NCBI GenBank assembly: GCA_947458235.1
Contig: CANGYP010000001.1
Coordinates: 1,248-65,247 of the forward strand
Origin: Alphaproteobacteria bacterium
Lineage (GTDB): Bacteria; Pseudomonadota; Alphaproteobacteria; JAJTHO01; CANGYM01
Direction: 5' to 3'
DNA: 64,000 bases
Shown here: positions 50,879 to 60,245 of the stretch, in pieces
How positions within the stretch are numbered: position 1 is the first letter of the stretch
How the letters are laid out: the number at the start of each line of letters is the position of its first letter
Notes under the pieces: generated by a model
What the model was told of the DNA's origin: nothing
What the model saw: the letters and a program-made list of their open reading frames with translations, nothing else
Databases searched by the model: none
Translations under genes and position numbers: made by a program

Positions 50879-52849
50879 TTATCCCCTGCGCCATCCCCAC
50901 AGCAACAAAGCCCCCATCAGGGCAGCGAGGACGGGGGGCGTCCATGGCCATACTTCGCCTTGGCCCATGGTGATGGCCGAGGGACGATCAAAGATCAAGG
51001 TTTGGGATGATAAACGCTCTGACAATCCCTGATCAAAGGTGATGTTGAGGGGGGCGCTGGGATCATCACGATATCGACCGCTGTTGTGTTTGGCCAACAG
51101 GGCGCCCGAGGGGGGAACGGGGGTCCACTCCGCCGGCGGTCCCATGTCAAAGGGGATAGGAATCAACGTTTGTTGAACCCGAACGGCCCACAGACCCGCA
51201 CGGTTTAGGGGGGTGCGATACACCCCATCCCCCTCTGGGGTCCAAGGTTGCCATAATCCCTCTGGACGATAAAGGGATACGGTACCCTTCAGCGTTCCTC
51301 TGGGGGTGCAGGTCAATGTGGCCTTATCTTGTTGGCAGGTCATGGGGGGGGCCTCTAAATCGGGCTCCCGCAATAACCAGTGCATCAAACGGCGCATCAT
51401 GGGGTTAAAGGGGGGTGGTTCTTCCCCTTGAGGGCGGCGCCATGTCCATACATCATCCGTGGCCACCCATGCCATGCGTCCATGTTGCGGGGTGTCGGGC
51501 CAGATACTCAACACAGGGATTTTTTCGGGGGTTTCCAGCAGGGCCTCTGCCTCTGCTGGTAATATCGCTGGCAGGTATCCGCGCAGTTGTGGAAAGGTCT
51601 TGCCCAAAAACGGCTGGGTGATGGGGTGATCCTGCCCCAAACGGGGGGTGATGGGGGCATCCTGATAGCCTTGGGGGGATAGGGTTAAACGTAACATATC
51701 CTGCAAAGCTACCAGCAAACTGTCGTTTTTTGCGCCTTCGGGCCCCGTCATGATCAGAAACGCGCCGCCTTTTTGAATAAAAGCCCGCAGCCCCTGCAGG
51801 TGAATGGGCTGTAACAATCCCAAATTGGCGTAACGATCCATGACAATGACATCAAAATCATGGATGCGGTTTAAAAACAGCTCATCCACAGGAAAGGGTA
51901 TCAGGGCCATTTCATCTGGCGGCGTGAAATCCACGCTGTCCATGCGGCGCAAAATAGAAAAATGGACCAGATCCATGTTGGGGTCTTGTTTAAACAAACT
52001 CCGAAAGGCCCGTGTGGAGGGATGCGAGGATCCCGAAACCATCATCACCCGCCACCGATCCCGAAACACCGTCAGGGTGAAAATGGCGGCATTGTTTTGC
52101 AGTGTCGCTTCCTTATCCAGCGGCGGCGTAGCCAAAAGATAGGGGGTGCGCCCAGGGCGATCGGTATTGAGGGGGATTTGGGTTTTTTCCCCATTGCGTA
52201 CCCGATACGTAACCTGCTGATCACCGTGGTACAGATTCAGGGGAATCTCGGACCCCTCGGGCTGTGTGGTGTCCCGCACCGTAACGGACAGGGCAAAGGG
52301 CTTGCCCACCAATTGATAGGATGAGGATTTCTCCAAAACCACCGAACGATCTGGCGCATTGCGAAAGGCGCTGAGGACGTGGATGGGTACCGTTGCCCGA
52401 AAGGTCGATAAATCCGCTTTGGCATCATGCCACAGGGTGTCACTGATAATCACCACACCGGCCAAACGATCTTGCGGCACGCTTTGCAGGGCGGCTTTTA
52501 GGGGGGGCAGGACCCTCGTGCCTTGATCCGTCTGGCTCAAGGGAAAGGATTGCAACGTGGCTTTCTCCCCCACGGCATTTTTCAGGGTTTTCAGCCACAG
52601 GGCTTGGGCCTGTGTATCCGCGCTGGCCGTTTGATCCTGCAACACCACAATGGTTTTGGGGGACGCTTTGGGGGCAGGTTTTAACAGGGTCACCTGAGAA
52701 AGCATGGCCACCAACACAGCCACCGCCCCCAAGCGGGCCCAGCTTTTTCGGCCCCACAGCACCACCAGTGCGCTGAGCATCACCACCACCACACTCAGGG
52801 CCACCGAGCCCTCCTCCCATGACAGGGTATATCCCCCCAGATCAAGCAT
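50879..52849 (-). CDS. Large membrane-anchored protein with N-terminal double-TM domain and C-terminal TM (TIGR02226/DUF4159-like), function unknown
   Basis: Two hydrophobic helices at the N-terminus (VALSVVVVMLSALVVLW and LGAVAVLVAMLSQVTLL), a roughly 550-aa soluble region and a C-terminal helix ALMGALLLWGW. Overlaps the response-regulator gene stop by a few nt. Confidence 0.55.
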   Translation of the reverse strand: MLDLGGYTLSWEEGSVALSVVVVMLSALVVLWGRKSWARLGAVAVLVAMLSQVTLLKPAPKASPKTIVVLQDQTASADTQAQALWLKTLKNAVGEKATLQSFPLSQTDQGTRVLPPLKAALQSVPQDRLAGVVIISDTLWHDAKADLSTFRATVPIHVLSAFRNAPDRSVVLEKSSSYQLVGKPFALSVTVRDTTQPEGSEIPLNLYHGDQQVTYRVRNGEKTQIPLNTDRPGRTPYLLATPPLDKEATLQNNAAIFTLTVFRDRWRVMMVSGSSHPSTRAFRSLFKQDPNMDLVHFSILRRMDSVDFTPPDEMALIPFPVDELFLNRIHDFDVIVMDRYANLGLLQPIHLQGLRAFIQKGGAFLIMTGPEGAKNDSLLVALQDMLRLTLSPQGYQDAPITPRLGQDHPITQPFLGKTFPQLRGYLPAILPAEAEALLETPEKIPVLSIWPDTPQHGRMAWVATDDVWTWRRPQGEEPPPFNPMMRRLMHWLLREPDLEAPPMTCQQDKATLTCTPRGTLKGTVSLYRPEGLWQPWTPEGDGVYRTPLNRAGLWAVRVQQTLIPIPFDMGPPAEWTPVPPSGALLAKHNSGRYRDDPSAPLNITFDQGLSERLSSQTLIFDRPSAITMGQGEVWPWTPPVLAALMGALLLWGWRRG

Positions 52850-53549
52850 GATCGGCCACCAGACGATATCCCTGATGACGCACAGTTTGCAGGTATTGTG
52901 GCGTTTTGGGATGAGGTTCAATTTTTTGGCGCAAACGATTCAGATGAACATCTATGGTACGGGATAGGCTGGTTTCCTCTAACCCCAAGGCCGTTTGCAG
53001 GGCCAGACGGGACACGGGTTGCCCGCCCGCCCGCACCAAAACATCCATCAAGGTTTTTTCTGCGGGCGTTAAGGCAATGGGCCCCCCATCCATCCCCAGC
53101 AGGGTTTGCATGGTGCTTTGATAGGTTAACCGTCCCAAACGCAGAGCAGGGGAGGGGGCTTCCTCCAGACTATTGCCCGCCCGCTTTAAAATATTTTGAA
53201 TGCGCAACAACAGCTCCTCAGGCACAAAGGGCTTGGTCAAATAATCATCGGCCCCCAACGACAATCCCGCAATGCGATCGGCAGATTCCCCCTTGGCCGT
53301 TAACATCAACACTGGCAGCATATTGTCTTGTCCCCGAAGCTGCGCCAGAAAATCCCGCCCCGTTTGATAGGGCATCATGTCATCCAAAATGATCAAGTGA
53401 CAACGATATTCAGGGGCCTTCAGGATCGCATCGGCCTCCGTCGGGTGGGCGGCGGTGCTGACGGTATAGCCATGCTGGCGCAAAAACCGCTGCAACAACA
53501 GGCGGATGCGCTGATCATCATCCACAATCAACAGGTGAAAAGACGACAT
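52842..53549 (-). CDS. OmpR-family two-component response regulator (REC plus winged helix)
   Basis: HLLIVDDDQRIRLLLQRFL...LIILDDMMP...LMLTAKGE...DDYLTKPF, then a C-terminal wHTH YLQTVRHQGYRL. Confidence 0.85.
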   Translation of the reverse strand: MSSFHLLIVDDDQRIRLLLQRFLRQHGYTVSTAAHPTEADAILKAPEYRCHLIILDDMMPYQTGRDFLAQLRGQDNMLPVLMLTAKGESADRIAGLSLGADDYLTKPFVPEELLLRIQNILKRAGNSLEEAPSPALRLGRLTYQSTMQTLLGMDGGPIALTPAEKTLMDVLVRAGGQPVSRLALQTALGLEETSLSRTIDVHLNRLRQKIEPHPKTPQYLQTVRHQGYRLVADHA

Positions 53550-53609
53550 TGTGCGAAAGATTAAACGTTTCTTAAAAGTTCAGGTCTATTCTGAAACAAT
53601 ACCCCCGCG

Positions 53610-54095
53610 TTGGGGATACAGATTTCAAAAAACAGCATAGAAAAAAACCGCGAAAGGTGCCAGATGAAAGATCGGTTAAAACTTGCAATCCTTGAAGCGG
53701 AAACCTTAGGTGATGCGCCGTTCGTTCAAACTCTGCGTTTGATTGCCACAGTGCTTGAGGATCAGGGCTTTGCCACGGAAGATATCGAAAAAAACAGCTA
53801 CAGCGTGATTCGCCAAATCATGGCTTATCACCAAGAGCGTCTGGCCATTTTTCAGGCCAGTGGATCCCACAAAAAAGCCCAAGCTGAAAAATCTCTGATT
53901 CAAAAATTGGAAAGCCTGCTACCCAAAACGTACTCTGAAGACAGTTTGCACGCTATGATTCACGAAAAAATCACCGCATGCGGTGCCAGATCGATTCGGG
54001 ATTTAAAAACCGTCATGGCTCTGCTCCGTCAGGATAGCCGTGGCGAGATCAATTACGAACATGCCAAAGGTATCGCCATTAGTGTGTTGCGATAG
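53610..54095 (+). CDS. GatB/YqeY domain protein
   Basis: C-terminal KITACGARSIRDLKTVMALLRQDSRGEINYEHAKGIAISVL resembles the YqeY tail. 161 aa. Confidence 0.6.
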   Translation: MGIQISKNSIEKNRERCQMKDRLKLAILEAETLGDAPFVQTLRLIATVLEDQGFATEDIEKNSYSVIRQIMAYHQERLAIFQASGSHKKAQAEKSLIQKLESLLPKTYSEDSLHAMIHEKITACGARSIRDLKTVMALLRQDSRGEINYEHAKGIAISVLR

Positions 54096-54160
54096 CATGG
54101 TGTTTTGGATGGAGGATCCCCGAAAGATACCCTCAAACACCTTGTGTGTGTGTCACGCCC

Positions 54161-54691
54161 TCACAAAAACGATAACCCTTGATGCAAACCCGTAATCCAT
54201 ACATCCGCCGCTGTGTGCTCTGGCCTTTCGGGGCACAGTAACAGTTTTGTGCCGATGCCTGCGGCGTGGGCGGCCTGCATGTCAGTTTCTCGGTCCCCAA
54301 TCATCACAGAGGCCTCTGGTGAAAGGGCGTATTTTTCTATACCTTTTAGGATCATGCCTGGATGGGGCTTTCGGTCAAAGGATTCTTTTTTGTACACGCC
54401 CAATCCATGCTCTGGATGATCGGGACAAAAATAGGTTTCGTGCAACACAATCCCCCTGTCCTGAAACTGCTGCTGCATCCAGTGGGTTAAATGATGAAAT
54501 TGATCTTCGGTATAATACCCCCGTCCGATACCCGCTTGGTTGGTGACAACAATTAAAAAATACCCCAAGGTCTGGGCGGTCTGGCACAGATCAAAAATAC
54601 CATCAACAAACACAATCTGATCAGGGCGATGGGCGTAATTGATCTCTTGGTTAATCACCCCGTCACGATCCAAAAACAACGCCCGATTCAT
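54161..54691 (-). CDS. gmhB: D-glycero-D-manno-heptose 1,7-bisphosphate phosphatase / HAD-IIIA histidinol-phosphatase-like
   Basis: ALFLDRDGVIN with later conserved HAD motifs and a Cys-rich zinc loop. 176 aa. Confidence 0.7.
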   Translation of the reverse strand: MNRALFLDRDGVINQEINYAHRPDQIVFVDGIFDLCQTAQTLGYFLIVVTNQAGIGRGYYTEDQFHHLTHWMQQQFQDRGIVLHETYFCPDHPEHGLGVYKKESFDRKPHPGMILKGIEKYALSPEASVMIGDRETDMQAAHAAGIGTKLLLCPERPEHTAADVWITGLHQGLSFL

Positions 54692-54704
54692 GTCCCGCCG
54701 TATC

Positions 54705-55910
54705 CTAAGTGGCCAAGGCCATGGTATAGGATCCTATGGTCTTACAATTGACGCAAACGGGTTGCCACGTGGGGCTTTGATCCTGACAGTGGTCACATGT
54801 CCAAGCATGGCGCAGGGTCTCCCCCTCGGGGGGCTGCAAACGCATAACCTCCGCTTCATGATAAGCCAGTTTTTCCACAAACCCCAAACTCTCAAAAACA
54901 GAGGCCATCAGGCGATGATAGAGGGGTGAATTCTCCTTGATCTCCATGGATTTAATGGTTTTTGTACGCTCTTTTTCGGGCAGGGATCGGATGATTTGCA
55001 TCAGCAGAGTTTGCACAAACAAAAATCCCGCCCCTTGGGGCAGGATTTTTTTCATCAAAGACAAAGCCTCCCGCCCATCGGTGTCGCACAAAGATCCTGC
55101 GTACAGGGCCCGCATGGCCGCATCATTGCGGTCGCGTTGATAGGCTTTTTTGAAGGCCTCTTGGGCCTGTTGCAGAGCCTCTTGATCCTGTTTTTGACTA
55201 TCATTATAGACCTGCCAAGCCCGTTTACCCTCTGCTGCGGCGATGGCTTTTTCCATGCGCAGGGTTTCCTTGGCATCAAAAATCCGGCGATGGGTGCATA
55301 GCAACTGATTAGCCCCCTCTATATCCCCCATCACCAAAGCCCGCGCCATCAGGGCCCGCACAGCCCATGGTTCCTGACGCTGCTCAACACTCAGGGTGCT
55401 TAGCCACTGAAAGGGATCCTTCACCTGATTGTCGGGCAAGTGCGTTAACTCCCGAATCCCCAAAGCACTCAGCTTCGGATCAAACATCAAAGCTTGATAG
55501 GCTTGACGTGCCCCTTCCATATCGCCCTTCATTTCACATACGCGCCCCTGCAAATAGGGGAAGAGGGGATTGTCCCGCAAAGATTTTTTCAAAACGGCCA
55601 AATGCCGGTCTGCGCCCTTTTTGTCCTGCAATACCACCGCCTGCCAACACAAACCCAAGGTATCGAGAGATTCCTGAGAACGCTGCAATTGTCGTCGCAA
55701 ACTGCGATGTTGGGACCACGCCATCAAAGACGCAATGCTGCTGAGTAAGCCATGGGCTAAAAAAAATACAACCAACACAAACGTCAACGCCACAGACAGG
55801 GACATACTGATTTCGTATCCAGCAATCAGGATCGTCACCGTATCAGCAGAAAGAAACTGAATGCCCGCCACCAAAACAACCAACAAAACAAGGGTCATGG
55901 CCGTTTTCAT
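54705..55910 (-). CDS. HemY_N-domain TPR protein (heme-biosynthesis-associated, hemY-like)
   Basis: N-terminal TM pair, an LLSSIASLMAWSQHR-type HemY_N region and TPR-like repeats. A C-terminal CDHC...CVNC Cys motif is present. Confidence 0.65.
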   Translation of the reverse strand: MKTAMTLVLLVVLVAGIQFLSADTVTILIAGYEISMSLSVALTFVLVVFFLAHGLLSSIASLMAWSQHRSLRRQLQRSQESLDTLGLCWQAVVLQDKKGADRHLAVLKKSLRDNPLFPYLQGRVCEMKGDMEGARQAYQALMFDPKLSALGIRELTHLPDNQVKDPFQWLSTLSVEQRQEPWAVRALMARALVMGDIEGANQLLCTHRRIFDAKETLRMEKAIAAAEGKRAWQVYNDSQKQDQEALQQAQEAFKKAYQRDRNDAAMRALYAGSLCDTDGREALSLMKKILPQGAGFLFVQTLLMQIIRSLPEKERTKTIKSMEIKENSPLYHRLMASVFESLGFVEKLAYHEAEVMRLQPPEGETLRHAWTCDHCQDQSPTWQPVCVNCKTIGSYTMALAT

Positions 55911-56917
55911 GGGGCGATCCCCTCCGAGTTTTTAACAGGATTTTCGGGGGATAGGGGCGCCATGGGCGATGCTCCTGCCTGCGTCATGTCCTGAATCATT
56001 TGACGTGTCATATCCATACGGGCGGAACGCAGCCACACATAACACCTCAGCCATGTTTCAAAATCTTGTTTCCACGTTTTCCAGCGGGCCTCCTCTGCAA
56101 ACAATAAGCGGGCATCCAAGGTTGCCACAAACCCCGCCGCTTCATCCAAACGTCCCTTGCGTACGGCGGGCAAAATGGCATTTTGCCACGTGTCATAGGC
56201 GTCATTATAAAGACCCACCACCTCAGGACCACCCCCAGCATCCTCGGGACTCAATGAGCCAGGGGCCCGAACCGTCACAAAATGACCGAGCACGGATGAC
56301 CAAAACGACGACGGGGCAGGGGCAGGGGACTCCGCCGCCCCCACAATGGGCTCGGGCAAAACCACCAATGCCTCGGCCTGCTGCACAAAATGGGCAAAGG
56401 AGGATCGCAAAATCAGAAGATCGTCTGTCTTTTTTTCAGGAAACAGATTGTGCATCAATACCAATAACGCATCCACATCCCGCGAGGTCAAGGGTTGAGA
56501 TGCGAAAAACAACAGCAAATCATCCACCAAATCTTTGGCCAACATCAAATCGGCCCCCGATGATGACTTGGGGAATGACTGATCCTGAAGCGATGGCGTC
56601 TTTTGAGAAAAATCCAAAGCTCCCAACAAAGATAAAGGGACAGGGGAGGCGGGCTCCAACCCTTGGGGCACACGATGGGAAAGCTCGGTGAGCAAACCTT
56701 CGATGCGGTCCAATTGCATCTGAACAGGGGCGAAATTCACAGACGGCGCAGAAGCAGGGGGCAAAGGCTCCTTCACAAGAAAAAGATCCCCATAATGTCC
56801 CGCCGCCAACCCCGCCGCAAAAATCAACAGCCCCCCCATCATCAGTACCAAAAACCGTCCCCAAAAGGGATATTTAGATTGTTTTTGGGACATTCTAACG
56901 GCATCAGGAAGGGTCAT
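55907..56917 (-). CDS. Membrane-anchored protein in the hemD-hemY neighbourhood; candidate alphaproteobacterial Mic60/mitofilin homolog (COG4223-like)
   Basis: Single N-terminal TM FWGRFLVLMMGGLLIFAAGLAAG, a low-complexity middle and a conserved-looking C-terminal domain. It lies in the characteristic hemD-X-hemY position. The ORF could start at 56995. Confidence 0.5.
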   Translation of the reverse strand: MTLPDAVRMSQKQSKYPFWGRFLVLMMGGLLIFAAGLAAGHYGDLFLVKEPLPPASAPSVNFAPVQMQLDRIEGLLTELSHRVPQGLEPASPVPLSLLGALDFSQKTPSLQDQSFPKSSSGADLMLAKDLVDDLLLFFASQPLTSRDVDALLVLMHNLFPEKKTDDLLILRSSFAHFVQQAEALVVLPEPIVGAAESPAPAPSSFWSSVLGHFVTVRAPGSLSPEDAGGGPEVVGLYNDAYDTWQNAILPAVRKGRLDEAAGFVATLDARLLFAEEARWKTWKQDFETWLRCYVWLRSARMDMTRQMIQDMTQAGASPMAPLSPENPVKNSEGIAP

Positions 56918-56948
56918 AGCGTGGGCACCAAATTCAGGAATTCCTTCA

Positions 56949-57716
56949 CTAACTCCCAGATGGAGAGCGTTTGTAATAAGATTCAATGCACGCAATCAGA
57001 GACGTGGTTGTAGGCTCTGACGGCATAGTGATAGAGGATTGTGGCATAATTTTGGACCCCTGCGCAATATCCTTGCTCAGGCAAAACAAATGCCCCTTAC
57101 GATACAGAGGGGCCAACCCGTGATAAAAAATCAAATCATCCCAATGCCCCATGCCCCGTGATGAAAGAGCAACATAACCCATTAAAGACTTAGAGGAATA
57201 AGACAATTCCTGCATCACGGCCCGAATGGACGAAGGAATTTCTGGGATCAACGATGTTTTATAAACGATTTGTTCGCTATACGCCAACCCTAACTGAGCG
57301 ATATCCCTCCCTAAGTTTGGGTTTTTAACCACATCCCCCCTGTAATAATGGATGGCCTTGATGTCTTTTCGATTGTTGTCTGCCAGATGATGCAAAAAAG
57401 CCTCAATGGTCAAAAAACGCTCCATAGCTCCCTGAAAGCCTGCCGCACAAAGCGCGTTTTGGGTTTCCTCGCCGATGACAAAACAATGGGCCTTTTCTAT
57501 AAAACGCACCAGAGACGACACAGCACGAACCCCCGCACGGCTGGAAAACAACAAAGCACTGTAGGGAGAGGGAGGATTCGCGGGAAAAAGCAGTTGATAC
57601 TGAACTACAGGAACGTAATAGGGACGAAACCATTTTTTTTCCAAAAGACGATCCAGTGTTCCGTAATCACGGTGCTCCCTGAGAATAATAAGCTTTTGAT
57701 AGTCTTCCGTCACCAT
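56949..57716 (-). CDS. hemD: Uroporphyrinogen-III synthase
   Basis: HemD-like two-lobe pattern (ALLFSSRAGVRAV) and position upstream of the hemY-like cluster. 255 aa. Confidence 0.55.
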   Translation of the reverse strand: MVTEDYQKLIILREHRDYGTLDRLLEKKWFRPYYVPVVQYQLLFPANPPSPYSALLFSSRAGVRAVSSLVRFIEKAHCFVIGEETQNALCAAGFQGAMERFLTIEAFLHHLADNNRKDIKAIHYYRGDVVKNPNLGRDIAQLGLAYSEQIVYKTSLIPEIPSSIRAVMQELSYSSKSLMGYVALSSRGMGHWDDLIFYHGLAPLYRKGHLFCLSKDIAQGSKIMPQSSITMPSEPTTTSLIACIESYYKRSPSGS

Positions 57717-57799
57717 GGAAATTTCTGGCCTTGATTTCTGTTTTAAAGACGGCTAAACCATGTCCCATCTCTCAATCATAAACGAATGGATGATGAATC

Positions 57800-58039
57800 A
57801 TGGATATTTTTGGACGCGTCAAGAAAATTGTTGTTGATCACTTGGGGGTCGACGAAAGCAAGGTGGTCGCTGGTGCCAGTTTCATGGATGACCTTGGTGC
57901 CGACAGCCTCGATACCGTTGAGTTGGTCATGGCCTTCGAAGAAGAATTCGGCGTTGAAATTCCTGATGATGCGGCAGAAAAAATCCAAACCGTTCAGGAT
58001 GCCATTTCTTTTATTGAGCAAAATGCCGCTGCTGCTTAG
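57800..58039 (+). CDS. acpP: Acyl carrier protein
   Basis: [22 protein letters not shown] with the phosphopantetheine Ser. Confidence 0.95.
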   Translation: MDIFGRVKKIVVDHLGVDESKVVAGASFMDDLGADSLDTVELVMAFEEEFGVEIPDDAAEKIQTVQDAISFIEQNAAAA

Positions 58040-58106
58040 AGATTTCTCTTGGCAGTGGGATGTGATGCAAAACACTCACCCTATGTGGGTTACCTAGGGC
58101 ATTTTT

Positions 58107-59375
58107 ATGGCACCCTCTTTTCATTTGCGCCGCGTTGTTGTGACGGGAATGGGCCTTGTCTCTCCTTTTGGTGCTGGCATTGAGAAAACGTGGGGACCTT
58201 TGATCGAGGGACACTCGGCTTTGCGCCCTATTGCTGGATTCCCAACGGAAGATCTTCCCTGCCGCATTGCTGGACAGTTGATGCATCATCCTGATTTGTT
58301 TGATCCTGTGGCCTATATCACAGAAAAAGATCGCCGCCGTATGGACGACTTTATTCTGTATGCCCTCATTGCTGCGGATGAAGCCATTGCGGATGCGGGC
58401 TGGGTGCCAAAAACTGATCACGATGCCAACCAAACGGGCGTGATGATTGGCTCTGGCATTGGTGGCCTGCCAGAGATTGAACGCTCCTCCCTGTTGCTTG
58501 CAGAGCGCGGGCCCCGTAGGGTCAGTCCCTTTTTTATCCCCTCTAGCCTGATCAATCTGGCCAGTGGGCAAATTTCTATCAAACATGGTTTCCGTGGTCC
58601 CAACCATGCGGTGGTGACGGCCTGTGCTTCAGGCAGTCATGCCATCGGGGACGCCGCGCGATTGATTCAAATGGGGGATGCGGATGTCATGGTCGCAGGG
58701 GGTGCTGAGGCCGCCATTTGTCGGATTGGTATGGCTGGATTTGCGGCTGCCAAAGCCCTGTCTACGGGTTATAATGATACCCCTGAAAAAGCGTCTCGCC
58801 CTTGGGATCGGGGACGCGATGGTTTTGTGATGGGTGAAGGTGCAGGGATTTTGGTTTTAGAAGAGCTGGACCACGCCCGTGCCCGCGGCGCGAAAATCTA
58901 TGCTGAATTAACGGGCTATGGACTTTCTGGCGATGCCCACCACATCACGGCTCCTGCCGAGGATGGGGACGGTGCTTATCGTTGTATGCGTATGGCCTTG
59001 AAACGGGCGGCTCTGCCTGTGGATGCCATCGATTATATCAATGCACATGGCACATCCACCCCTGCGGGGGATGTGATTGAGGTACGTGCGGTCAAAAAGC
59101 TTTTTGGGGATCATGCCTACAAGCTGGCCATGTCCTCCACAAAATCCGCCATCGGTCACTTGTTGGGGGCGGCGGGGGCGGCAGAGGCCGTCTTTTCCAT
59201 TTTGGCGTTAAACCATAATGTTATGCCTCCGACCCTAAACCTTGACGATCCCGATGAAGAATGTGATCTTAACTTTGTGCCTCATCATGCACAGGAAAAG
59301 GTTTTATATCACGTTCTTTCCAACTCCTTTGGCTTTGGGGGCACCAATGCTTCCCTTGTGTTTTCAAAACTATAA
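58107..59375 (+). CDS. fabF: 3-oxoacyl-[acyl-carrier-protein] synthase II
   Basis: RVVVTGMGLVSP, active-site ACASGSHAIG and HGTSTPAGD. 422 aa. Confidence 0.9.
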   Translation: MAPSFHLRRVVVTGMGLVSPFGAGIEKTWGPLIEGHSALRPIAGFPTEDLPCRIAGQLMHHPDLFDPVAYITEKDRRRMDDFILYALIAADEAIADAGWVPKTDHDANQTGVMIGSGIGGLPEIERSSLLLAERGPRRVSPFFIPSSLINLASGQISIKHGFRGPNHAVVTACASGSHAIGDAARLIQMGDADVMVAGGAEAAICRIGMAGFAAAKALSTGYNDTPEKASRPWDRGRDGFVMGEGAGILVLEELDHARARGAKIYAELTGYGLSGDAHHITAPAEDGDGAYRCMRMALKRAALPVDAIDYINAHGTSTPAGDVIEVRAVKKLFGDHAYKLAMSSTKSAIGHLLGAAGAAEAVFSILALNHNVMPPTLNLDDPDEECDLNFVPHHAQEKVLYHVLSNSFGFGGTNASLVFSKL

Positions 59376-59396
59376 ATCATCCTTGGGGGCCTTCCC

Positions 59397-59870
59397 ATGA
59401 TTCATCCCATTGTTCAACGCCTTGAATCTCTGGGCATTGTTCTGCCTGAACCTGCTGCCGTTGCGGGGAATTATGTGCCTGTTGTTGTGGCGGGGCCCCT
59501 CGTGTCTGTATCGGGGCAACTCCCCCTGCGTGAGGATGGGCAGTTGATGCAAGGATGCTTAGGCCACACCGTCTCTGAACAAGAGGGTTACGAAGCCGCC
59601 CGCCTGTGCGGCCTGCATGTTTTGGGTCAGGTCAGAAGTGCCCTGCACGGTCACTGGTCCCGTCTTTTGCGGTGTGTTCAGCTGTCTGTGTTTCTGAATG
59701 CAACGCCAGATTTTATCCATCATCCTGCTGTGGCCAACGGTGCCTCGGATCTGATGGTTCAGGTCTTAGGGCCAGAGGTTGGTCGTCATGCCCGAGCGGC
59801 CATCGGCTGCTCCTCTTTACCCAAAGGGGCCTGTGTTGAGGTCGGCGCCACGTTTTGGATCGAGACCTAA
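59397..59870 (+). CDS. RidA/YjgF-family (Rid) protein
   Basis: 157 aa of RidA-like size with a GNYVPVVVAG...VSGQLP pattern. Confidence 0.55.
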   Translation: MIHPIVQRLESLGIVLPEPAAVAGNYVPVVVAGPLVSVSGQLPLREDGQLMQGCLGHTVSEQEGYEAARLCGLHVLGQVRSALHGHWSRLLRCVQLSVFLNATPDFIHHPAVANGASDLMVQVLGPEVGRHARAAIGCSSLPKGACVEVGATFWIET

Positions 59871-59873
59871 AGT

Positions 59874-60245
59874 ATGGCCACCCCCGATCAAAAGCGTCTT
59901 TTGGAATTATGCCATGATATGATGGGGGGCTTGGTTCAAGACCACTTGCCAGATTTAACCATCCGCCAATTCAACCTGCTTTTGGCCGTTTACTTGAAAC
60001 CTGGACCCCATACGGTTCGCAGTTTATCAACCCATCTCAAGATCGCCAAACCTGCCATCACCCGCGCCATTGATAAGCTGCAGGATCTGGGTTTTGTCAA
60101 ACGCAAAGCGGACCCCGAAGATGGGCGAAGTGTCCTGATCCAACGCACCATTAACGGTTCCGTGTATTTGGCCGATATGGGGGAAAAATTTTCCCTAGCC
60201 GCCGAACACGTCTTTGGGGGACAAGAGGGGGCGGGTCTTTTTTAA
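59874..60245 (+). CDS. MarR-family transcriptional regulator
   Basis: wHTH LTIRQFNLLLAVYLKPGPHTVRSLSTHLKIAKPAITRAIDKLQDLGFVKR. Confidence 0.7.
   Translation: MATPDQKRLLELCHDMMGGLVQDHLPDLTIRQFNLLLAVYLKPGPHTVRSLSTHLKIAKPAITRAIDKLQDLGFVKRKADPEDGRSVLIQRTINGSVYLADMGEKFSLAAEHVFGGQEGAGLF

Noticed and set aside
58040-58106. Possible terminator or attenuator hairpin (CCCTA...TAGGG then TTTTTA) between acpP and fabF
   Set aside because: The stem is only about 5 bp with a long loop. It is too weak to call.
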